Positions 12,601-24,600 of a DNA stretch of 64,000 bases are shown here, piece by piece. Numbering within the stretch: position 1 is the stretch's first letter; each line of letters starts with the position of its first letter. Position numbers and translations under genes: made by a program. Under the pieces are notes generated by a model. That model saw only the letters and a list, made by a program, of their open reading frames with translations, searched no databases and had not been told where the DNA came from. The DNA is from Hemiscyllium ocellatum (Eukaryota), in NCBI RefSeq assembly GCF_020745735.1, contig NC_083409.1:57246048-57310047 (forward strand), read 5' to 3'.

Positions 12601-15600
12601 CCACTCCTTTTGGTCATTTATATAAATGATTTGGATGTGAAAATAGGAGATACAGTTAGTAAGTTTCCATATGACACCAAAATTGGAAGTGTAGTGAACA
12701 GCAAAGAAGGTTACCTCAGTACAACGGGACAGTGATCAAATGGGCCAATAGGATAAGGAGTAGCGGCTGGAGTTTAGATAAATGCAAGGTGTTGCATTTT
12801 AGCCAAGTAAATCAGAGCAGGGCTTATACACTTAATGGTAAGATCCTGGGTAGTTTTACTGAACAAACAGACCTTGGGGTGCAGGTTCATAGTTCCTTGA
12901 AAATGGAATTGCAGGTTGACAGGGTGATGTAGGTGGCATTTGATGTGCATATCTTGGTTAGAGCATTGAGTATAGGAGTTGGGAGGCCATGTTGCGGCTG
13001 TGCAGGGCGTTGGTTAGGCCACTTTTGGAATATTGTGTGTAGTTGTGGTCCCCTTCCTGTCAGAAAGGGTTCAGAGAAGATTGACAAGGATGTTGTCGGG
13101 GTTGGAGGTTTGAGCTATAGGGAGAGACTGGGCTGTTTTTTCTGGAGCATCTGAGGCTGAGGGGTGACCTTTATAGAGGTTTATAAAATCATGAGAGGCA
13201 TGGGTAGGATAAATAGACAAACTCTTTTCCATGGTTTGGGGGAGAATGAGAGGGCATAGGTTTAGGATGAGATGGGAAAGATATAAAAGGGATCTAAGGG
13301 GTAACTTTTTCACGCAGAGAGATGAGCATGTAGGAATGAGCTGCCAGTGGAAGTGGTGGACGCTGGTACAATTGCTGCATTTAAAAGGCATCTGGATGGG
13401 TATATGAATACAAAGGATTTATAGGGTACTGGACCAAGTGCTGGCAAATGAGACTAGATTAGATTAGGATATCTGGTTGACATGGAAGAGTTGGACCGAA
13501 TGGTTTGTTTCTGTGCTGTATTTCTCTCTGACTCTATAAATGAAGCTGAAAGCTGCAGGGCAGTTAGGAAAAGTGTGGGAATTAAAGATGATCCAGAAGG
13601 GCATTTAACTTCAAATTAATCAACTGAGTCAATATAGTTTTGTGAAAAGGAAGTCATATTTGACCGAGCTATCAGAATTCTTTTGAGAAGGTAATGCTTG
13701 CTATGGTGGATAAAGGGAATTGTTGGATATACTGTACTTAGATTTCCAGGAGGCATTTAATAAGCTGTCACAAAGCTTATTATGAAAAGTAAAACTCATG
13801 GTGTAGGATGTAGTGCATTGTTTCCTGTTTGCCAGCCAGGGAGAAGGCGTAAATGTGATTTTCATTTTAGCAAAATGTAATGAGTGATGTCCCACAGGAT
13901 TTCAGCTGTTTTTATATAAATTTGGATAAAGGGATTGGAAGGTATGTTGCAGTTTACTAATTTTGCTAATTACATAAATATAGCTATGAAAGCAAGTTAC
14001 AAGTCCATAAGGTTGGTATAAACAGATGGTGATAGGCTAAATGAGTGGGCAGAGATGTAGCAAATGATGTTAATGTGGAGAAATATGAAAGGAAGCATTT
14101 TTTAAAAGAAAAAGCATATTACCTAATGCAGAGATTGCAGAAGGTGATGGAAGCAGGTCTTTGAATACTTTTGACATCGAGGAAGATGGATTCTTGTTGA
14201 TCAAGTGAGTGATTATCGGGATAGGTTGGAATACAGATTGGATGTTGCAAACAGATAGGTATGTGCTTACTGATGGTGGAGTAGGCTAGAGGTGGGAAAT
14301 AGCCTGCTTGTGCTAATTCATATGTGAGTAGATACGATGGAGAAAGAAGTGAAGTCATCGCTTACTATGCCCATTGAGATGAATACATTTTATGTGGATG
14401 AATACATTTATAAGTTTGAGACTAAGAGATGAATGCCAAGTCCAATAAGGGTGAAGATGAAGAGTGAAAATGCCGATGCTTGGGAAAACCCAAAAACAGT
14501 TGAGAGGATAAAGAAACTATGCAGCTGAACTGTCAAGAAAAATATAATCCATTTTACAGGGAGCCGACATTTATGTTGGAATTAGTTACAAAAGCAGGAA
14601 TGGAATAAAATCATAGGTGGCAATAATAAAGTAGTAAACCTTTCGTGTGCTTAAATTTTTACCACTGAAATAGAAAAGGCAAAATGAGTTTTAGAAAAAC
14701 AAACTGCATAAGGAATAGAAGCATAATCAAAATCTTAAATTCTTGGTCTGATTGCATTTTAAAATAATCTAGAGAAGAGGAAACAACACATTTTCTAAAT
14801 TTTTTAGAAAGAGGTGAAAGAGGACTGGCTAACATGTGCCTTTTGAGTGGAGATTGACTGTATTTAAAAAAAACTACAGGCCAAGTTATCTTAAGCTAAG
14901 TGGTCAGAGAAGTTATCCAGAGCAAAATACAAAACATCTAAAGCAAAAAATATTGTAAAGATTCCAAAGAGAAATTCTTGCTTGACTAATTGATTTAAAA
15001 AAAAATTCCGAGCTCTTTACAGCCTTCTGGTATGAACATGGACTTTGACAACTATTCTTTTTGCTCCATTGCTGCTAATGGCGAACGGCTGTGTCTCGGC
15101 TACTAGGATGTGGGATGTATAGGCTGATGCTCTGGGGAATTTCTATCAGTAACAAGCAAACCGGATGGCCCACACTTTGGTGTCTGCCTTCCTTTTGCTC
15201 CATTCTTGGTTGCAAGGCCTACAAAGTTTCCCTCCCTCCTTCCCTCCCTCTCTTCCCATCCTGCTGTAAGCATTCAAGCATCTGATCATGAGAGAAATGA
15301 AAAATATTGTTACTTTTTGATTTAATCATCGCTGGCCCTTCACCCGGTCTCAAACATCTTATTTTCTTTATTAAATGCCTTTTTCCTAGATCTGGGCTAG
15401 TTAAAAGGTGTTCAACTGTATGTCTTGCAATTCAGTCGAGAGGTTGTTGACCTGAATAGTCAACCCTATGTTACTTTAGGGTGTAGGTTTGCTCCCTCCA
15501 GGAACACATCTATCCTGGGACAGGCTAAGCAAAGACATGCCAGAGAATTCCTAGAGGCCTGGCACTCCAACCACAACACCATAAACAAATACACAGATCT

Positions 15601-18600
15601 AGATGCCATCTATCAACCCCTCAAAAAAACGAACAGGAAATGACATCACCACAAACCCCTGAAACCCCATCCAGGAGAAAGATATAAATAGAAGGCAGGA
15701 GACAACAACTTCGCTTCATTTGGAGGTTGCCACTGATGATGTTACCTAGCCAGGTAATGAAACATCTGGATATCAAACCTATAGTTCAGCGAGCAAACCT
15801 ACACCCTAAACTTCAACCTGAGCTACAAACCTTGCAAAAACCTATGTTACTGTGTCTACAGATTTTGACCTGGGTGATGTCAGAATTTGAAATAGGTTTT
15901 AACTCCAGCCTGATGGAAGATATTGAAAAAGCTCTCCGCTATTGGAAGTTCCTTGAACAATCATTATCCATAACATTAAATGGTTACTACTGGTCGCTAA
16001 TTGCTTTTCTAGATATTAACGAAGCATGAGTACACATCTCTTATTGAACGTGTAATCTTAGTACTTGCATTTGCATAGCACATGCATTAGTTTGAAAATT
16101 TGGTGCATTTGATTAAAACAGCAAGATTAAAAAGTGATGATTGATCACTGAATTTTTTTTTCCCAGTTTTGAAATGGTTGCCAAATACATGTGGAGTACT
16201 TATACCTGTAAGATGCTTTCTAATAAAGTCAGGGTTTATAGAGTCAGAGTCATAGAGATGTATAGCACGGAAACCGACCCTTTGGTCCAACTCGTCCATG
16301 CCAACCAGATATCCCAACCCAATCTAGGCCCTCATGCCAGCATCTGGCCCATACCCCTCCAAACCCTTCCTATTCATATACCCATTCAGATGCCTTTTAA
16401 ATGTTGCAATTTTATTAGCCTCCACCACTTTCTCTGGCAGCTCATTCCATACAAGTACCACACTCTGCACGAAAAAGGTGCCTCTTAGGGCCCTTTTATA
16501 TCTTTCCCCTTCTCACCCTAAATCTATGCCCTCTAGTTCTGCACTCCCCCACCCCTTTTTATGACTAAATTTTTGCCACTCTGGACACAATTGTGCCTTG
16601 TCAGCAATTTCTATTGTGTAATATTGCCTTAAATTTCTGAATTCTGACTTTATCAGAGCTTGTGGTGCTGATCTTTTGTTCACAGCAGGCAGTGATGTGT
16701 ATGCTAAAAACCCCAAATGGAGTGGCATTACAAAACATAAAAGGTGACGCCTAACAAAGCAAATCTAGAATGTTGCCTGCTTCCACACTGGAGGAATTTT
16801 GAGTAGTAATTTTGTGTTTAGTACTTCATTGCCTTGGCCCAAGTTCAGTTTCTGGTCAGGAAATAAAAATTCTGGGGGCGGTTGTGACATAATGACAGTG
16901 TTCCTTTTTCTGAACCAGGAGGCCCAAGTTCAATTCCCACCTGCTTAAGTATGTTTACAACATGCAGATTGATTAGAAAATGTGTATAAACTGAGGTGAT
17001 ATTGAGACTGATGTAACATGCAGTGCCTCCTCTTATTAAAATGAACAATAGTGATGGGGAATGTTTACTTTTTAAACTTGTCAATACTGAGGCTGAGTTT
17101 ACTTATCACCTGTCATAATTTTACGCTTCAGATTTTTCCATTTAAATTGGTAAAATCCAAGCAGAGCTCCTGGATTATTGAGACATAACTTTTTTTCATC
17201 TCAAATAACTTATTTATTCAAGTCAAAGTCATAAATATAATTCCCACTCAGTTGTATGATTGTGCTGTGGCCTGAAAGTTAGTGTGTAGAACCTGTTCTG
17301 GCAGAAATAACACAGTCACAAAAATGGAACTGTGCAGTGACACAATTTTAAAGCAAGTATTGCCCATTGATATACTTGAAAAAGTACCAAGCTCAGAATA
17401 TAGGTTTGTTGATAGACAACCTATTACGGCACAAATCTGATTCCTGATTTGAAGGAATTAAAGAAATATTAATATGGGGAAGGCAGTTGATTATAGATGA
17501 ATATATATATAAGAATGATTAGAGATTGTGGCATAATTCGTGTTCTTGATTAAGTTGGACTTTTTCTTTCAGCTTTTATTACTTTGATGAATGGAGAACA
17601 AGCGCAGGATGTCATTCACAAATTTCATAAGTCCACTTTCCAGGAAAGAGAGATATCTGTTCAACTGCAACCTACTGATAGCTTGCTTTGCATTACCCAG
17701 CTACCATTGTCCTACACTCAACAACAGTTTGAAGAGCTGGTCCGCCTTTATGGGAATGTGGAGAGATGTTTCCTGGTTTATAATGAGACTACTGGTCATT
17801 CAAAGGGTTACGGTTTTGTCGAATATATGAAGAAGGACTCTGCTGCTCGAGCTAAGTCTGAACTTATGGGGAAACAGCTGGGGCCTTGCACACTGTATGT
17901 ACAGTGGACAGATGCAGATCATCTCTCAGCTGATTTCCTTCACTCGAAGTGCCTTTGTATAGATAAAATTCCCCACGATTATAAGGACACAACGGAGCTG
18001 ACAGAACTCTTCTCTCAGATGTTTAAGCCAGTTTTCTGTCAGGTATGTGGAGTAGTGAGGAAATGTATTATGGCTGTTTTTGTTCAATGGCATGTACTGT
18101 TTGCTGTAATTTCAGAAGTTGTAATCTTTTTAAATTGGGTGTACAGCATTAAGAATCCTAGTACAAATTGATAACCTGACTTTTTGACATTGGGAAACCA
18201 TGCAACCTTTTGCCTGCAATCTAAAGGATTGCTGTCATCTGTTCGCTATTTTAAATTTCTGATTTTCAGTTTTCCTCTTTTAAACTTGTGCTTTTCAAAA
18301 TGGAGTGTGACCTTTTGTTTTCAAGTTTGCTAATATTCCAGCAAGAAGTGCCAAGACAGTCTTACCTGAAATGTGAAGTACCCTAACAAAAACTAACTAA
18401 ATATCAATAATGCTAGTCCATCTTTTGTGCAGGAGCTGGCTTGTCATTTGAGTTTTCATTAACAGGAGTGGCAAGGAACAAAATTCAAGAGATGGCATGC
18501 GCTTCTTCCATTGATATCACACTCTATTTCAATATCTTTCTCTAAAACATAAAACAATAATCACCCATTTTGGACTTGTATAGCTTTAATCCTGACCTAT

Positions 18601-21600
18601 TGTCTTTGTCACCCTCCTCTGTTTCAGATGGTTTTTCTCACTCTTTTGCTAAATGTTATAGTTGTATTGTTTTTGTCTTGAAAGTCAGAACCCGTAGTAA
18701 ATGTAGGTAATTTGTAGTAGAACTTCTGGGTCGGGGTGAGATGAAAACATCAGATCATAGCAATAATTTTTTTTGTTTTCTTTGCTGCCTTTGGCCTCCA
18801 TGCGGCCGACTTGGAAATATGGAGTTAGGACAATACTAATGAATACTGGATGATACAAAATGGTATGATGTAGGTAAAAATGATTTTAGCTTCCCCTCCT
18901 CCAAATTTAATATAAGGTTCCTGGGGCAGCAGTAACTTTCCACTATCTTGTTACAGTAGCTGTTCTCCCTTTGTGCTGAAATTGTAAACACCCACCAAAT
19001 GTTACATTTTGGGGAAGCCTCATCTGATTTTTGTGTGGTATATATGCATACATGCCCTTTTTATTTCAACCTGGATCATACTTTCCCAATCTTGGACACC
19101 CTACCTTTTAACCTAAAGGTTCTGACTCTGCCAGAGAGTGGGAATTGAATCAATTTCCAGTGTGTATGACTCATTCCATTGTTAGATTTACTAACTGAGC
19201 CAGTACTATTTATTTGAACCCCCCTCATTTACAAAGTCCTGCCTGTTTGTGTTGTGTATGATTGTAATTACAGAACAGTTGAGTTTTACAAAGTTTTGTT
19301 GTTTCATTTATAAATATTTTGCTAGGACTTTTGTTTGATTTTGAATAATTGCTGTTGGAATTTGGACTTCTGTTGTTGGAAGCTTATATCACCTGAACAA
19401 GATTATCCAAAGAGGTTGCCAGCAGTCATTTTGTTTTTCAGCCATTTTATTAAATTGACTCCTCTAGAAGATTTAAGTTTGCATGTTCTTGCCACTTCCT
19501 TCATTTGCCCAAACTATTCTGCAGTTGCTTGCGGGCAGAGCAGTAACATCTAGTTTGGAAAGAAGCAATGAATTGAGCTAATTTGAAAGTAATTCATTTT
19601 ACACAATATAACTTAGAGGGAAACGAGTTTTTTTTAATGCACTTATTTGTCTCTTTATCTGTCAGCTTGCCCAGGCCTCAGGTAGCCATCCTTCTTTTGC
19701 AGTGGTGGAGTATGAAACTGCAGACCAAGCAGAATTAGTGCAAAGATCTACTGATGGAATATTTTTTGGTGGTAGCCAAGCCCGTGTTTCATTTTGTGCA
19801 CCAGGGCCTCAGGGTCGCAGTACACTTGCAGCACTAATTGCTGCTCAGAGGTTGGTAAGTCAAATTTTTAAATACTTTTTTTTGGACTGAGGAATTATAT
19901 TGTCAAGCTGTATAGAATTGGAGGCATTTTGACTTTTGTTTTGTTCTTATTTCAGTAATATTCAGCAATTTCCCTTAATGGAGCTGAATAGCTAGTTTCT
20001 GTTTACTTTCAAGTATATTAATCAGATGAGTTGAAGTTGTAAACCTGTGGTTTATAGTTATCATGGTTTTATGCTTGAATGCAATTATATTGCCATCTGC
20101 TTATATTACTAAACAAAAACTTGTATAGCTAAAGCAATAGTCTACCAAGACTTGAATAATCTGAGAAATCTGTTGCTTTCCCCCTATCTATCCCCTACCC
20201 CTTTTGTTAAAGTACCTATTCGAGACAGCTCAGGGAATCCCTGGTGGACCTGCAAACCCGTCTTGGTTTATCCTGGAGAGTGTTCTGTGGTAGTCTGGAA
20301 TATGAAACTCTTACAGTTCAGTTTGAATTATTACCTTTTTTTTTACCAGTGGCATCAATGTCACACCATAGCATAAACATCTACAAGCCAGGCTTGAGCT
20401 AAGGTTCTAAAACCATTAGCAGAGTAGTGGTGGCAGCTCTTACCCCTAAGAGTTGTCTTAGGCTGCTACTCCTTGTTGCAAACAAGTTGTCTTTATTCAG
20501 AATTTGGTATTAAAATTACAAAAATGCCACATGACATTAATCAGATAAGCAGCAATAAAATGGCAAAAGTTTGCAGAGAAAGAGAAACTCATTAACAGGT
20601 CTGAGTGCACTTGACTAAGTAAGCTACATGCACATCAATGTAGGAAACCAGCCAGACCCAAATGGCCGATTGCTTTGGCCAGATAACTTTATTTAACTGT
20701 AAATCATAAAGAGGGACTAGTTTAAACTATATGAGAAAGGTCATGAGGTAACTTTGCTCTGCTAGCATGTCCAGTAGCATGTCCTACAAAATGGTTTTTT
20801 CTTTTAAAATCATCTTAGATTCCCAGAATGTTAGTAAAATTCATAACATTCCAGATCTTGAGCTTCGGGGAACAACACAAACATTCAATCCATGACCAGC
20901 CAGCGTTCACTCAAATCTGTCCACCGGCTTCCATCTTTTCTTTCTCTCGCTCGCACTCACGTGCACGCACACACCAGTGTCTGTCTCTCCCCTCGCTCTG
21001 TACCCCTTACACCCTTTAGTCAGTGAGTGCAATTTACAGAAGAATGTTTTCTCTCTCACTCACACATGAACATCTTCCAACTTCCTTACTATGCCAGTTT
21101 CAGCTTTGGTGTTATCGTCGCCTGTAAAGGTAATGAGACATTCACATTCCAGAACAGTCAAGATGAGGGAGCTGAGCTTCAGAAGTTCAAATCTGCTTAA
21201 TGTGGTATATATGAAAATGTAACAGGATTGTTCTATTACGTGCATTTTGCACTCAGCTTATTAAATTACAAGCTCCTTTCCTAGTGAGTATGAATTTTAT
21301 TAAGAGTCTTCAATATAAACAGAATACTGATACTAAGAACCGGTGTCCCCAATTCTTCAGAACAAATGCGTAATTTAAATTAAAAGGCATGTAAATAGGG
21401 AATGGTTAATATTTTAAGAACAAATGCATGTATTACATGTTATGTAAGGAAAATAGTGTTTGACAAGCTGGAGGTTTTTGAGAATAGATAAACGAGAACT
21501 CGTGGATGTAGTGGATTTGGATTTTTGAAGATTTTTAATAAAGTTCAATGTTTGAACTTGTGCAAAATTAAACATGAAGAAATTGCACCAATATATTGTA

Positions 21601-24600
21601 TAGACTGTGAATTGGTTAACAGACAAGAAACAAAGAATAGGATTAAGTGGGTTACTTTTGCCATGGGGCACGGCCAGGTTCAGTACTTGGATTCCAATTA
21701 TTCACGATGTGTATAAATAATTTGGATGAGAGACTCGAGTGTAATATTTCCAGGTTTGCTGATAATATAAAACTAGGTGGGTTGTGAATGATGGAAGGAT
21801 GTGTAGAGGCTTTAGAGTAATTTAGACTAGTTGAGAGGACAAATACATGGCAAATTTATTTTAAGGGGACATGATAGCCGAGTAAAATTATGTTTCCCCT
21901 GGCCATGGGATCCAGAGCATGGGGTCACAATCCTCAGGGAATGCAGTCGCGATTTTTTCACTAGTGGCATTCAATGCCATGGTTCTGTGGAGAACAAATC
22001 ACCCAATACTTTTAAGTGGAATCCCACAAACTAGGGGTGTTAAAGTGTATGGAGCAAGAACAGGTTTATGATGTTGAGATGGCGAATTAGCCAGGATAAT
22101 ATTGAATGTGAAGTGGGTTCAGTGTGGGCCAATTGGTCCACTCCTCCCCCTAATTTCTATTGCTTCATTCTTGACTTCTCATATAATTAATTTGTCTATG
22201 TCCAAATCCAAAAGACCTGGGCAAAACCCAGGTCTGGGCTGCCACACAAGTGCCAGCCAATGACTCTTTCCATCAAGAGAGAATCTAACCATCTCACCTT
22301 TTTTGACATTCTATGGCATTATCATCAATTCCTCTCCCCCCACCCCCTTGAAAAAAACTAGCAACATCCTGGAGATTACCATTAACCAGATACTGTACTG
22401 GACTAACCATATAAATTCTGTTATTATTAGAACAGGTCAGAGGCTAGAAATCCTGCAGCAACTAACTTGCTCCCTAACTCCCTAAAGCTGTCCACCATTT
22501 ACAAGGCACAAGTAAGGAATGTGATACAGTACTCCCCACTTGGCTGGATAAGTTGTCTAACAACACTCAAGAAGCTTGACATCTCGTAGGACAAAGCGTC
22601 CCTATTGGCACCACATTCAGAAACATGTATTCCCTCCGACATAGATGATCAGTAACAGCAATGTGCATAATCTATACGATACACTGCAGAAATTCGTCAA
22701 GGCTTCTTATCACCTTTCAACACACAACCCCAACCATCTAGAAGAAAAAGGGCAGATAATATGGGAGCAGCACCACCACCTACAAGTTCTTCTCGAAGCC
22801 ATTTGCTATCCTGACTTGGAAATATGTGGCCATTCCTTCAATGTTGCTGGGCCAAAGTCCTGGAACTTCCTCCTCAACAGCATTGTGGGCATACCAATAA
22901 TAAATGAACTTCAGCAATTCAAGAAGCCAGTTCGCCACTCAAGGGCAGTCAGGTTGGATCAGTCAGTATCAATGCTCACATCTCACAAATGAATAAAATA
23001 AAGGAACTAATTTATTTATGTGAAACCTTTCTATGATGCATTTGTCATTGAAATGATTGGATATGTAGCTCACCTAAAATTTTTCTTTTGAAGTTGCTGA
23101 ACAGCAGGAAGGGCCTTCTTCCAGAACCTAACCCGCTACAGATTTTAAACAGCTTGGGTAATCCTGCTGCATTGCAGTTACTACTGAGGCCTTACCTCCA
23201 TGGTTATGCTGGCAAGAAAAGTGAGTATTCTTTTGGTGAACTAATTCCTGTGACCTTGTGATTTTTTAAAAAATCTTAACAGGATGCACTTCACAAAGTA
23301 TACTGTCATTCATAGCTTCATCTGACTCATTTGAATGTTTTCATTTCTAAGTAGCTTTTTAAATTTGAGATTTGGTGGGCAAAAGAGTTTGAAAGAATTC
23401 AGCATTTAGAAGGCACAAATAAGCAATTTTTTCCCATGTTTGTTCATTTACTTTTGAATTCTTCACATGGAATTTAATTAAACCATATCTAATAAGAAAG
23501 CTTGTAACTTGAGCTGTAAAATTCATAGTGTAGATTAATGAAATTCAGCTGATATTTTATGCTGACCTTTATTGGAGCAATCTAGAACCACTATTTTGTT
23601 TTCTCCACAGCATTGTATTGTACTATAATAATTCTAATATTTATGCAACTTTAAAAAGTGCTTATGTTTCTGCTTTAATCACCAGGAGTTACATTCCATG
23701 GTTCGTTAATCTATTGCATAAATGCATTTTCAAAGCTCCTTCTTAACCTTTGGAAGTATTTAACTTGATGCTTGCTGTCACTGACTTCCCAAGTAGTGAA
23801 AATATCCTTTGTTCAGTTTACCAAAAACACTTTGTAATCTCCTAAGCTTCTACTCATTTATCACCTTGTCCTATCATTTCAGTAACTTTTTTGATTTCTT
23901 CTATTAACATTTCAACTTCCCATTTCTGGCATTTTCTTGGTGAATCTCTTTGTATTTTCTGATGCCACTGATGTCTTCTGTCTAATGGAGCATCCAGAAT
24001 TGCAAGTATTACTGTAACTGTGGACTGATATGTATTTTGTCCAGATTTATCATGAATTCTTATATCCTTATACTCTTGACTCCTATTTTCATCTTTCCCT
24101 ATCTGCATTCAAACTTCCAGCTAGTTATATTCTTGTCCATTTTGATCTGTGTAATCTATATCCTCTTTGTAGTAAGACCCTCAGAAATTAGATCAGGCAT
24201 AGACTGGTCCCTCACCTGCTGTGCCATTGAATAGAATCATAGGTGATATGACGTTCCTCAAACCCACTTTCCTGCATTTCCCCATAACCCTTGATTCACT
24301 TACTGACCAAGAACATATTTATCTCAGCTTTCAATGTACGCGTGGACTCTGCCCCACAGCTCTCTGTAGCAGGAAATTCCAAAGACCATCAACCTTCTGA
24401 GATAAGCTCCTTCTCATCTCAGTCTTAAGTTAGTGTCCCTTAATTCTGAGACTATACCCTCTGGTCTTAGACTCTTCAAGAATCAAATTGTCTTTTCATT
24501 AAATGAATGTACCCATTCCCTGAACTTTTCATATCAAAATATAAAGATATATTCATTCCACAAGCAGGTCTTTGTTTTTCTGAGGTCTTTTATGATCCCT

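Larger units (their letters stand above)
8830..14320 (+). mobile_element. Nested cluster: an old CR1 (ORF1 esterase and ORF2 remnants) interrupted by younger CR1 3' fragments and other inserts
   Basis: Esterase-like remnants at ~8850-9050 resume at ~10690-10860; RT remnants at ~13640-14320; younger CR1 inserts lie between them. Confidence 0.6.

Noticed and set aside
16885-16945. tRNA gene
   Set aside because: Only a B-box-like gttcaattccc with no cloverleaf; probably a decayed SINE head. A similar case lies at ~62620-62682 on the minus strand.
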